Below, one piece after another: positions 23,993 through 37,900 of a stretch of 64,000 nt of DNA. Every line of letters begins with the position of its first letter. The first letter of the stretch is position 1. The stretch comes from Thalia democratica (Eukaryota), in assembly GCA_965202585.1 (NCBI GenBank), contig OZ241829.1, forward strand, positions 20,708,001 through 20,772,000. The letters are read 5' to 3'. Below the pieces are notes generated by a model. The model made no database searches. It saw only the letters and a program-made list of their open reading frames with translations, and was not told the DNA's origin. Both the position numbers and the translations under genes were made by a program.

Positions 23993-26900
23993 AAAGGTTG
24001 ACAATTTGGTAGTAAAGTTGTGGACTGATTGTGATACACTTAACTTATTAGTACTACCCATCATAATTAAATCTTACCTTGTTTAATTAATATCTAACAA
24101 ATACTAAATTCTAACTGAGACTACTTTCTATAACCAGACACGACAGTTTTGAGTGATGAATCTTTTATATAAGTCTCAACAAGAAAAACTAGCATATACA
24201 AAATTATCAATTACTTTGGTAAAACTTTAAAAACTGGAAGCTATTTAAATCTATATCAAAAGACTTAAAACAATAAACTAAAAATTAAATATAACTTTTA
24301 GTAAACAAGAAACTGTAAAATTTTTAATAAACTATTAAACTAAAAACCTGGCTTAAATATTTAAACAATTAAACACCAGTTGAAATATTCACTTTTAAAA
24401 AAAAACACTACTTACAATAAGCATTAACAAAAAAGTTCAAGATATTTTGTTGCTTCAAGCTGCACACCAAACTAACTAACTGCTAACATATAAACTGACT
24501 GTCATGTTCTGATGTTTTGTTGCATCAGTATTTAGATTGAAACATTTCGTCATATAATTCTCATTGGCTCGTACATTCAACCGTAAAACTCTAAATATTC
24601 TCTGAGCTCAATTTTAAACAATAAATAATGCAAGTATTCATTCCAAAGTTTTCAATTTTACAACATATGTAAAGAGTTGCATTTCTGAAATATTTATTTC
24701 ATAGTTTAAATGTAAACAAATGTAAATTAGTCACGTGAAAATATCAATATTCTCATGTGTGCAGCCTATTTTTTTTTTAATGAAAAGTAAAATTGTTAAC
24801 GGACAAACATAATTGCAGTACATAGTAAGCTTAATTAGAAAATATTAAGTTAGGTAAAAAAAGCTTCAACCTAAATAAAGCTTGGTAATTAAAATAAAAT
24901 TCAGCACCTCTCTACCAAAGCTACCACGCGCTGCCAGTCCTTCCTATTGATACTGATCCAATACGTCATACTGATGTTTTTACAATACTTGAAAAGAATT
25001 TTCAATAAACTATTAACATTTTTTTTATTAATGTCAAAAAAAAATGTTCAAACATATTAGATTTTAATATCTTTAATAATAATTTTTACACTAACCAAAA
25101 AAAAAATAAATTAAACAACCTGAGGAATACATTTTAAATGTTAAGGTAAACATCAGTTTGACTTTATTTAATTTGTAAAAGAAAACTATCCTGTATGTTT
25201 TGCATGTCTAAAAAGAAATTATTAAATATGTAACGATTGAAATCTGATTTTATATCTAAGTGTAATAAAAGTCTATTTTTTATTAGTTGTTTATAATAAA
25301 GTAAAACTCATCATAATACTTAAAAATAATTAAAAATCAGACGATATAAAAATTCGGTATCTCTACAAAATAAAATTATAATAAAAACTTTTATTTATTA
25401 TTTATAACACATACAGTATTTGCCAAAGTAATTGAAATTAACCCAAAATCCTTAAAATTTAGAACTTCTGTTTTTGCAACATATTTTAAAACTAAGTCAT
25501 ACAAGTTTTATATAAATTAAACTAAATTTAGTTTGCATTATTTGAACAGTATAGTTTAGCTAAATTTATTCATTACTAAAACTTTAATCACTAACAATTA
25601 AAAAATAAATGAATAAACTTAAGGTTAGAACTTTAACTTGATCATTAAAACTAAAAAAAAAAAATTAAGTTAAAAGTGATATTCACATATTTTGTTTCAA
25701 TTTTTTTAAAATGATAAACGAAAACACTGTCTGTAAAAATTCTTTAATAGTAGTTATAACTTTTACTTCGATGAAATTTTAAATTAGTTGTTACTAAAAT
25801 TAAGTCTTCAAAAGAAAAGTAATTTAAGTTTAAAAACGATTTATTACTAAATATAATTTTTTAGTGTGCTTTAAAAACTAGACTAAAAAACGATACTAAT
25901 GTGAAAGGCTAGTTGAGCAAGAAAGCTTACTGTCATTAACAAAGTATCTTAGTATAGTATATATGTTATCATACCCTTAGTATTTTTACGAACAAAAATG
26001 ATAAAAACCAACTTTTCCATCATAAAACTATACAAAGTTTAAACTTCCACTTTTAAAAATAATCATTTTCTAGTTGCAACGTAGTAAACAAGCTTGTTTT
26101 TTGAAAATAGTGCTTAAATATAAATTTGCTTAACTTAAAACTTTTGCTTGGTAATATAAAAACTTAAGTGAGCTATATCATCACTATAAAAAAAAAAGTT
26201 TTTATAGAAATGAATTTAAGCGTTTAAAAATGAATGAGTATCTTATGCTACAACAGATTGTTATTAAACACTTAGCATTTGTCTTAAATTGATACATCCA
26301 CAAATAAATTTTCAAAGTAAATTTTTTCGACGTGGGTAAGTTTATTTCATGTTAAAAATTATTTATAGGATGACAAAGTAGTTCTTACTTACGTAAAAAA
26401 ATATGATGATAAACTGTTACTTAAAATTACTTAAAAAAAGTTGGCACACTTAAATTAAACCATAAAAGTGTATTTTGAACAGTTTTGTGTTTAACATAAA
26501 CTTTAAAATAAGCTTGAATGGACTTGGATCTTTAACATAAACTCTGGTTCAAACGAAGCCAGATAGGATTATTATAAAGCAAGACCCAGCTGAAGCCAGA
26601 TTTAATTGTATTTTCAAGTTAAAATCTGGTTAAATCATCATCTGTTTAATGTTCAGATTTAGTCGAATTTGGCGTTTGGATCCGGTAGAGCACTAGTTTT
26701 TGAAATTATTTGATTTTGTGTAAGGCTTATACTTTATATGTAAATTAATTGAACAAAAAAAAACGAAAACATATTTGGTTTAAAAATTATGAAATCACTT
26801 TAGTAAAACATTTTACTTTCTATTTTATCAAATAAAAAAACTTTTCCTCATGTTTTTCTGTCGTAAAATTTCAATAATTGGTATAAAATGATTAATTTAT

Positions 26901-28894
26901 TTGTAAATGAATATTCATACTCCAACAAAAATTTTTTTTACATATAAAACAATTGTTGAATATAGTTTAATATCCTTAATTAATAGTTCAAACTAAAAAA
27001 ATGTATTATAAAGTTTGAGCAAGTTTTCACAATTGCAGTTATTAATAAAAAGTAAAACTAAAGTTGCAAATTTTTTCAAACTAAATCATATTAGTAAACT
27101 AGTATTTTTAGAAACAATGTTTTAAATGTTCAAATTATTTAGCTATACATAAAAGTATAAATTAAAAGAAACTCAAAACTAAGCAGTTTTTAGTATAGAT
27201 AGAAAGCGTAAATATTTATTTGTATCAATATGATATTAAAAGTAAACAGCAATTAAAACTCAGAGTTTTAACAACAATTAAAATAAAATCCTTTTGTTAT
27301 CAAAATGTAAGCAAGTGCTCATTTAACAAAAATTTTACCGTATACCAAGTATTATGTAAAAGGAAAACATTGTAAATTTGAAAGACGTTCCGGTTTTAAA
27401 CTTATAAAAATAACGTTAAAAAAATCAAATTATTTAAAGCTAATAAATTTATAAATAAGTATTAGTAAAAACTAAAAAGCTTATTGTTTTTAAAATGTTA
27501 AAAAAAAACAAATTTTAAACTTAAACTAAAAAAATACTAATCTGTATTTCACTAAGCAATTTACTTATTTTGTTTATTTATTTTCTCTTTAAATCCTACT
27601 AACAAATAAACTTAAGCAAGTTTATAGATGTTGTTTGCTTAATGCTTGATTTTAATAGTTTTAACCAAAATAGCAAAACCAAACTTTAAAAAATTATTAT
27701 ATGTTTTAGATAGAAATACTTTAATTGATTTGAAAAATCTAAAGCTTTCTTATATCAAAATAGTTCGTAAAAACTGCAGGTTATTAACTATCATATAGAA
27801 GCATTTGCGACTAATTTTCTTAGTATAGTTAATTAAAAAATCAAACATTTTATTAATATTATTAAAAAATGTTTTAGTATTTTATAGATTGTTCCAACAG
27901 CTAAACTAGACAAGGTATACTTTACTTATTGATTTCTAAAAATAGAATCAGAAAATATTTACTGCTTTAAACTTTAAGTATTTTGTATTAACAGCAGTTC
28001 AATTTTTTCAAAAATAATTATAAAAGTACATCTATGCTACTTTATTTACATAGTTACTAAAAACTAAAGTAACAGTTTAGTTAAAGTTTTTATTCCTTTA
28101 AAAATTATGCTTTAGGAAAAGTTTTGATTTGTATCATTGTGATAAGTTTACTGGCTATAAGGGCGTTTTGTTTTAAAAAATAATTTCAAAGCTCGTTTAA
28201 AGTTTACACTAAATTGTGTGGTGCCGTAATTACCATAAAACTTACATGTTATTTTACGCAAACGGCAATACCCTTGACAACTTGGAAAAAACGAGCTCAC
28301 TTTAAGGATGTCGATTCCCGTAAACTTTATTACCAGCAACCTGACAATGGCCGCTTATTTGACTTGGAGGTGTTTTTATCGGAACGCAAGTTTCTTACGC
28401 ACTGTCTTGTGACGTCACAATAAAATATTTTTGATTTGTCGGAACGCCCCCTCTGCAAACTTGAAAGGTGTTTATAGTTTTGCGTTTGGTGTGAAAAATA
28501 GTTATATTTGTCTTTCAAGTTTGGAACTTGCAAGAGCTTTTTAAGCTCGTAGAGTAGGTATAACTTTAGATTTAGTTTTTACAGATAATTATAAAAATAA
28601 TTAGGAGTGTAAGCTAATAATGTTTAGCCTTTTCAGTTGAATTTTTATAAAGTTAATCTAAAAAAGCTGGAACACATTAGAAACACGATTTAGTTACATA
28701 TTAAGGGTAAAATGTTATACTGTATTCTATATTGTTAGTTTAAAAACTATTTAAAAACATTTTAAAACAACTGCAATAACAAATTAACATAAATTTCAAA
28801 TGTATTTATTGAGATAAATTTTTACATTATTTATTTTGTATTCAAAAATATTACAGACAATTATAAACGCTAAGTTAAAGCGTATTAAACTAAT

Positions 28895-31448
28895 ATGAAG
28901 TTTTTGTTGTCAACTGTACTGCTAGTTGCCCTCGTGACAATTTCACAACAATCTCTTGTCAACCAGGAACAAGAAGATGAACTTATTGGCGTTAGTTTAA
29001 CTTATTAGGTTACAATTGAATCACAGTACTAAATACGCTAAGAAAAAAAATAAATTAAACATTACAAGTAGTTTATTAGTTTAAACTTAACACATTTCTG
29101 AGGTTATTTAAGTTATTGAAATTTTATGTAAAGGTTTGTACATTGAATTTTTGCTAGTCTTAATTGTTTTGTAAAATTATCAAAAAATGATAAAAAAAGT
29201 TATGTCTTATATAAAAATTACGTTTGTGTATAAAAAACTTGTTTAATATTCTATGCCTAAAAAAGTTAAGTACGACTTAAAGCTTGGTAAATAATAGTAG
29301 CTTGCTTTTTAGATTTACGAAAAACATTCACGTTTTTATTAAGTAATTTAAATAGTAATATATTTTGTTACATAAATAATGTGCAGGTAATCAAAAAATG
29401 GACAAAAATCTATGAGGACGGCATCAAAGAAAAAGAAGCCATTGCAAAAAGAGGTTAACTTTTACTAAATTTGTTTAGTAGTTTTAGTTTTTAAAATGAC
29501 TAAACAACTTATAAATGTTACTAAAAGTAGAATTAGTAATAAGTTTAGCTTAAATTCAAGTTAAGTTACTAGTAGTACCTAAACTTTACAGCTATTAACT
29601 AAACTGTGGTCTTAAATGTAAAGTCGAATTTGCAGTCAAATCTTGTAAATTTACAAAATTTAAACTATTATTATTATTTTTCACTTTATACTTCAGTTAA
29701 TCACTAAACTATTTTCTTAAATATAGCGATGAACTACGAAGCCAAGGTTTTTAAACTCACAAAACTTAAACTATTATTATTACTAATATTTTTTAACAGG
29801 CGGACAATACCAGTCCCAGTCGCAGTACCAGGGTCAGGGTAACGGACAAGGTCAGTACCAACAACAAAGTCAATCGCAAAGTCAGGGACAGGGCCAGGGT
29901 CAGTACCAGCAACAAAGTCAATCGCAAAGCCAGGGACAGGGCCAGAGCCAGTCTCAAGGACAATCCCAAGGTCAGTCTCAGGTTCAGATGCAGTCGCAGA
30001 GCCAGACGGTAACCAACACCAACAACGTCAACATTCACCTCGGAAATCTGCAAACTGTGGTTCACCATGTCAGTCTGATTTTATAAAAAGTTTATTTAAA
30101 AAAATGCTTGTATGAACTCTGTGTGCTTATTCACTTTTAGCTATATAATAAAAGCTGTAAAAGCATTGTGAGAATATAGGTTTATCCTAACGGATATTTA
30201 AAAAACAGTTTTACCCACGGTTGCAAATACAACGTTTTAAAAACTTTGAAAATAAAATGATATTTAAATTTTGTAGACTTTAAAGATTCATTAAAAGCAT
30301 TGTATGTAGTTTGTTTTTATGATTTAAACTTTGAAATTAAAAGAAAAAGTTTAGCTGAGTAACTCAAAAAGTTTTACTTTAAAATTTTTTACTGTAATTT
30401 TTTTTTTGGAAGGCAAAAGTCACCAATTCAAAAAAAATTTTTATAACAACTTTAATATATTTAAAAAAACGACATATTTCACTGTCAAAGTTGTTTTGTA
30501 GGTTTTTTTGTTTATTCCAAACGTAAACGCACCTGCGGCTAGATTTTAATATCATAAAACTTTATGAGCCTTTGTTTTTTAAAACTCTTTCAAATGTGTA
30601 CATGTGTATGTATTGAAAATTTCAAAAAGTATATTTGTGAACTAAGCTTGACTTTCATGAAGCTTTGATAGTCTTTGTGTTCTTTGTTTACACTTACGTT
30701 TGAGCTATTCAACAAAATAAAAATTATAGCTTTAAAGCTTTAAAAACTTACGAATGGGTAAAATCTATCTTTTTAGTATATTTTTGTAAGTGTACTTAGA
30801 TTTAAAAGAATGCGTTTACTTATGTCACCAAATATATTTTAATATTAACAAAACTTGTTAGTTAAGTTTTAACATTTTATCATTGAGTACTTAAATTGAT
30901 GTTTTATTATTCTAACAGCAAACTTTAAAACAAAAAAGGATTGTAGTAATTATTGATAAAAATTAAAAATTAATTAATTTTTACAGTACCACCACTACTA
31001 TCCGGAAAAAGTTAGTTTTGTTTGTTATTAAACTAAAATTTTGTTTTAAATAAAACTTAAGTTTAGTCAGCAAACTTAAGCTTAGCTTTAAACTCATTAA
31101 AAGATAATGTTTACTGACCAAACTAACTTTGTATTGTTAAATGGTTTTAAGAAATTTTTAAATTCTACAACTTATATATTTTGTTTTTAAATACAAAACA
31201 ACTAGATAAAGTCAACTAATGTTAAGTTAACTATCTTGTTTAAACTTTATTTCTAACAGCATGTTTTACAGCCAAACAGAAAACCAAACAAAAAGCCCAA
31301 CAAAAAGCCAAACAAAAAACCGGGCCGTAAACCCCAGAAATCACCAAAAAAGTCCCCTAAAAAGTCTCCAAAACACTCCCCCAAAAAGAGTCATTGGAAA
31401 ACCAAGTCCAGGAAGCATTCCAAGTCTTCCAGGTCATCAAAGAAATGA
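28895..31448 (+). CDS. Orphan secreted low-complexity protein, 214 aa: signal peptide, pro-segment ending in KR, Gln/Ser/Gly block, His/Tyr linker, Lys/Pro/Ser tail
   Basis: Exons 28895-28990, 29387-29453, 29800-30068, 30987-31010 and 31260-31448, all GT-AG with matching phases (0,1,0,0), 645 nt in total. Translation: MKFLLSTVLLVALVTISQQSLVNQEQEDELIG|VIKKWTKIYEDGIKEKEAIAKR|GGQYQSQSQYQGQG...QTVVHH|YHHYYPEK|HVLQPNRKPNKKPNKKPNKKPGRKPQKSPKKSPKKSPKHSPKKSHWKTKSRKHSKSSRSSKK*. Confidence 0.8.
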
Positions 31449-34400
31449 ATTCAATAATTAAGAACCGAAACAAACTATCAATATTTTCTAGACGTTTAAT
31501 TTCACATTAATGTTGCATTTGTTTTAATTTACACAATTTTTTTCATCGAAGTTATGCTACTCTGTTAATTTAAACGACTAAACAATTGATTTTTAAATGT
31601 AAAGTATGTATTTATAACACACATACTGTTATTCTAATAAATTAAACACGCTGTTAGAATATCTATAATTATTAATTATTTATTTAATATCAATACTTAA
31701 ATTAAGTTAATTACTAAAGATATAAGTAATAACTTAAATTAATGTTGAGTTATATGTATAGTAAGCGAAAAGTGAAAACTTTTTATTATTTTTATTTTGC
31801 ATTACAATTTAAGCTTTAGTTAAATTAAAAGTACTTTTTATATAATTTTTCTTTTAAATAAAAAAAGTGTTGAAGCTAAAATAAAACTTAACTAGCTTTT
31901 AAATACTATTACAATTCTACAAGAGTATTAATTGACTGAATGTAAAAAGGATAGTATCTTTACAGGTGCAAAAACAATTTACAGTTTATTTTAAATATTT
32001 AAAAGCTATAAAATATTCTGAAATAACTTAATTTAATTAGAAATACAAATAATGTTTTCAAAGTTTTTTTTATAGGTGAAATGTAAGCATATGTCGCTAA
32101 CCTTTAAAGTTTAATAAAAACATTAACAATATCATTAAACCATCAACATTTAGTTCAGGAAAATAGTTTGTTGTAGCAAATCCAATACAGAATGTAAATC
32201 AATGTTACTATAATTAAAAAACAGAACCACCCTAGTATTCTAAAATTTCTTTCTCACTAAAACTAAAGCTAAAAATTTACCTTTAAAAAGTTTTCTAAAA
32301 CCAAGATAAATGTCTTTATATTATTGTATTACTAGCTTTGTAGTTACTTAAATATTACAAGCTTGAACAAAAAGTAAATTGTTATAATCATTTAAAAAGA
32401 TTAAACTTATTGTGTAAACTTTTAGTCATTTACTTTAATGTTCCTACTTTTACCTTTAGATAGAGGTCTTTTTACAAGTAAAAAGTTACTTTCATACCTT
32501 TTTAGCGGCAACTAAAATGAAGTTAAATATACATAATTTACATGATTAATTTGTTTTTTAAAATTGTTTCAGTAAAAGTGTTTGATAATCTTTGCATATT
32601 TATTTTATTTAGGTTTAGCTTACGACTAAAGTGTAAAAAATTATATACTAAATCATCGACTATTGCAAAAATGTTTTTCAATTTATCAGAAAATTTTACA
32701 AAAATGTTGTATACATCATTAACATTTGAAAATATTTCTTCACGAAAAACTAAAAAAGGCTAAATATTTAAAAATTCGCTATGATATATTTTATTAAGCT
32801 GTCAGCTTTAAATTTATTTAATTTTTTGTAATTATGCAATTAAAACTTCCAAAGTTTACGAAAACAAGTCACTCATGTATTACGTTAATCGTGACTAATT
32901 AGTTCACGAAAAAATGTATATGTTTATATACATGGCCGCGTTCTAAGCTATTACAGCAAATAGGTTCTTTTAAAACCACAATGACTTGTAGACTTTGTGA
33001 GCATTAGTTTACGACTTTAATATAAAGATTTATTGTTACAATTACATAAATTTAATTTTTAAAACTATTAGTAAAAACAAGTATTTAGATTTTCTGGTAA
33101 AATAAAAAATTATACTGTTTTATTTAACTTATATCTTTGCGATTATACTAGTTTTTGTTTTTCAAAGTTAAAAGTATTTCAGTGGTCTATAAAAGTAAAG
33201 TTTTAAACCTAAAAGCTAATTAAGCAAAGCAATGTTTTGGTTAATACTTATAAAATATTATAAAAATACTAAACATTAAATATAAAGTACATAAGATTTA
33301 AGTATTTTTGTACCTTTATAGTTAAATAATCTTTAACTAAAATAAAACAGTAACAATTAAAAAAAATCATTTGAGCTTTTTTAAATTTTCGGAATAGTAG
33401 TATGCGATTAAACTTTTGAGAAAATATTTTTTTTTAAGTATAATTATATTTTTAGATTAAGATTGCTTGAGTCACAAGGTTTGTTTCTTTGTCATATTTT
33501 TTGGTAAAGTAGCGAAAATATGCATTCAGGAAAAACTTTTTCATAAAAACTTAGTCAGTACACGTTGTTGTTGTTGTATACAAGCAACAGTTTTTTTTGA
33601 TACAAAATTCTGGAAATGTATTTACAGCTGTTGTTTATCGCAACTTTTTACATAACTTGTTGAAATAAAAAATAAAATATTTAAGCTGTTTTTGTTTTAC
33701 AAGGTTTTTAATAATCCTGGGTCACGATATTACTAAACATTATAAGAAAAAAATCACGTAAAATGATTTTCTTCGAAATTTCAATATTTTACAACGTCTT
33801 TTTTAATTTACAAACAATTGTTGTGTCACGCTAATAGTATAACAGTATATAAGTATTTTTGTAATTAGTAAGCTATTTAAGAAAGATAATTAATAAACAT
33901 GCTGTATCAAGTAATATTTGATTAGTTCACCTTAGTTAAAAGGAATAAATGCTTAAAAGTATTTAGTGAAAAGTGTTATGATATATTTATTGCAGACCTT
34001 CAAAATTTTGTTTAAAACGAATTATGGTTTTATTTAAGTTTTAAAGACATATAAAATGTACGACAAAATAATTTTATATAGTGTTATAAAATCAGAAAAA
34101 TTAAATAAAACCATAGTTCAAACTAATTATTTTTTTTAAGATTAGTGGTTAAATCAATGCCATTACTGTTCTAACGTATTTAAGTAGTTTATTTTAGGAT
34201 GAGTAATCTTTAAATGTATAACAGTTTTGTATAGATAGCCAGAAAATTATGAAAAATTTTCAAAAAAAAAACTTTATTTGTGTTACTATGTTTTACTACT
34301 TTGCATTCTACAAACTATTTAAAGCCCCTTGAAAAAATAATGTCAAATAAATAAATAAATCGGAAACCCTTACAAATTTTTGTTATCTTTAAGCGTGTGC

Positions 34401-34454
34401 TAATACTTTTAACACCATCTTAATTCGCAGATAAAAAAAAATAAAACCCGTATT

Positions 34455-34700
34455 GCCTACTGTTACGTCACAGTAATACTTGCTTTTGTATATACTTTCA
34501 AACGTGAGCGTAACGAAAACATCCGCACTACTGCAACGTATATTGTTGCTGGTAATCAGTACCAGCGCACCGAAATAAAGTAGCTGATCACAGAGGAATT
34601 GCTACTCGAATTGGCTCGAGGCATTAGCGACTTCTAAGCGCACGAGAAAAAGTTCAGTGCGTTTATAAAGCGCCGGTTGTCAGAAGTTTATTTCAGTTTG
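34455..34700 (+). promoter_or_regulatory. Candidate promoter of the trefoil-TSP1 gene
   Basis: A GC-richer island about 300-500 bp upstream of the ATG, with TTACGTCA (about 34463) and a TATA-like TTTATAAAG (about 34661). Motif evidence only. Confidence 0.35.
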
Positions 34701-34971
34701 AAAATCAGTAAAGATTTATTTGGTGAAAGATTAAAATACTTGGTTTGGTTGGATTTTGAATTAAAAGTAAAAATGTAGAAAATCATTTAAGCTCTAAATC
34801 TTTTTATTGTTTTTTACAGTCAATTGTGTATTTGTGTAGACTTATAAACTTTCATAACAAACTAAAGATTTTAATTTTGTTGAAATATGTTAAGTTTTAT
34901 TGTACTAAAAGTTTAATAATTTAATAATAAAATCTCTTTTAAATTCTAGATTTTGCAAAATAAAATAGAAA

Positions 34972-37900
34972 ATGAGACAGTTATGTGCACTAGTAGCACT
35001 AGTTGTATGCTTTATACAAAGTAAGTTTGTTTTTATACTACTTTAACTTTAAATTCTTATTTTAATTTAAATATTCTTAGTTATTTCAATTTTTATACAT
35101 AACTTTAGTATGTGTCATTATAACTAGATGGCACGTAAATACATTTAGGTGTTAATTAATATGATAAAATCAAAAGTAAACTAAGCTTAAAAAACAGTTA
35201 CCTTAAAACTACTCAACTGTTATATCAAATTATAGTATTATTGTCTATTTTTAAGCTTTTTTTGATTATGATTACAGCCAAGTCATTTTAGACTGTACTT
35301 TTAGATTGAAATATCTTTAAAATGATAAGAATACCTAAAAACTCTAATATTTTTAAGCAAAACAATAAATACTAAAGCAGCTAAAAAGTGCCTTTACTAA
35401 AAAAGTTTTTTATACTAAATTGTTGTAATTGTATAATGTGTGGCTTTAAAAAAATAAAGATCTTAATAGATCAACAGTTAAAACTATTTAAAAGTTGTTA
35501 TGAACTACTTTAAAGGATATATTTTTAGTAAATAGAGTTTTTGTAACTAGATAAAAAATCTTAATAATTTTTTGCAACAAGGAAAAATTGGTTTAAGACT
35601 TAAAAAAAATTAGTTTGCGTGCGTTTTATTTATACACAAATAAAAAATGCGGATTAAGGTAAAGGCGTGACTTAATTAATTGGAAAAAAAAAATTATAAA
35701 TATAGTCGTACATTGCAGCATATTCTTGTAAGCTCTGTTAAAAAGATGAGTAGTTTACTTTAAAAATATTTCAAGTTTCTACATTGAAACAAATGTAATT
35801 TTAGTAAAATATTTAAAGTCAAACATTTCAAATAAAAGAATAGGCCAAGAAGTTGAAGTTAATCATAAAAAATGTTTTGTATTAATTTCATACCATAGTG
35901 GTTTTAATATCATATTATGTTAGTTCGAAAACCAACTAATATACATATAGTATTTTGCATTTTATATTAGAGTTTTCAGTTCAAAAATAATTTGAATTTT
36001 TTCACACCAACCGTAGCCTTACATAAAGGTTTACTAAAAGGTGCGATGTCGACCACTTTTGAAAAAAAATCAATTATGCATACTAAAATTCTGACGTAAT
36101 AATGCAGTAAATTAACACTAATTAAAGTAAATTTTCACTTTATCAATCAGTAACTGTAAATAGCCCTATACAAAGTGATCTAAGTGCTTTTTAACTACTT
36201 ATGGTGTATTAATGCGCAAGCTAAATAAAAATACAAAATTAAAAATTAATTTTTTTATACAATATTTATAACAAATCACCCAACAGTAACCCCGTCCCAC
36301 CAGCAGAGCTGCAGCGGAGTGGCGCGCGACAAGAGGCAAGTGTGCGGAGTCGTCGGAGGAGAGGACAGCAGGAGTGCTTGTTTGAAGGTGAGGGGGTGCT
36401 GCTACGACTCGAGCTCCAGCCCCAAGTGCTACATAAACACCAGTTAGTTTGTATTAGCAAATAATAAAAAAATAACTTACAAATAGTTGCGACGACTTAA
36501 ATTCAAGCATCAAGTGTCACATCAACACGAGCTAGTTTGTTAAAATAAATAATAGAAAATTAATAAAAACTAATTAATACGATTGAAGTTGAAGCCCCAA
36601 TTATTACATCAATACAAGTGAGTTTGAGATGACAATTAAAAAGAATTATTTCCAAGCAAGTTGCAAGAAACCGTTTTTACCATAAAAATATTGTATTAAA
36701 CAAGTTTATTTTTTCAGACGCCAAGTTTGACGGGTTCTCGCTGACGCAAGCCAAACGGAAACTGGGAACTCCCCCAAACAAAAACATCGACATGAAACCG
36801 CTGCAGAGTGTGGCGAGGAACCTAAACGTTTCTTTGGTGAGTTTCTTGTATTAGGTAACATTAGAAACAACTAATAAAAACTTTTTCTCAACGTTTCATT
36901 GGTTCGGTTTTTTAATAGCTACTGCTATTTTTTGAGTTTTTGTTTTATACAAACTGTATGAATAAAACAAAGTTCAGTTTGTTTTCGCTGTATAAGGTGT
37001 AGATAGTGATGATAAAAAAAACTAAATAACTATAAGTTTGTACTCGAATAAACTGCTCTTTTTAAGTGACGCTATAAATAAAACTATTTTTATTAAATTT
37101 ATGTCGATTCAGCTGCATAGCTATGGCTAGTAAAAGAGACAAAAAGTTATTAGTCTGAAAACATTTTTACTTTTACTGCGTAGCTATGGCAAGTAGTATA
37201 TATGAAAAAAAAAACTATTAGAGTGTAAATGTTTTGTACTTTTTGCTTCTGTGATATACTATAATCTTAAATTATGAATCTTAATTGGTGTTATATGTAG
37301 TAGATTTTCTTAAATTTATTTATCTTGCAGTCGGACAAGAAAGATTTCCAGGGCAGACTTGGCATGTTCAGCACTGTAAACACTTTCACAACCCTCGCTT
37401 TCGGCTTTCCTAAATGTCCACTCAACGTGCCACTGTGTCAGAGGTTTGAGACAAAATATTTTTTATTAAAATAATAATTACTTGTAAACAGTATATTGTG
37501 CTTTTTAAACAGTTTGAAAAACTCTAAATAAGTAAAGTATGTTAGTTGTTATTTCAAGTAGTGTTATCACGTTTTAAAGATCTTTTGGATATCTGTTTAA
37601 AGACTTTTGAAATAATTTAAAACAATTTTACAGATAAATGAGTAAAACCTGTTAAAGTTTTGTATTTGTTGTAATTATTTTTTTGTACACTGTATAAACT
37701 ATTTTATACAAATAAAAGAGATCTGCTAAAAATAAACTTCAAAACTTCAACATTTGTTTATAAATAGCAATCCCCATTAACAGGTTGCTATGCCAACCGT
37801 TCAACCCCAACGCTGAGAAGAACGCTAACGAGTGCTACAAGGACCCCAGATGCTGCTTCGATGCCGACCTATTCGTCAACAAGCAGATATTCGGGGACAA

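Noticed and set aside
29727-29746. 20-nt AG...GT segment (would encode AMNYEAK) as a micro-exon of the Gln/Lys gene
   Set aside because: Including it shifts exon 29800 out of the Gln-rich frame, so it is not used unless RNA data show another boundary.
29793-30068. Minus-strand Leu/Thr-repeat ORF resembling a membrane protein
   Set aside because: It is the reverse complement of the Gln/Ser/Gly-coding exon.
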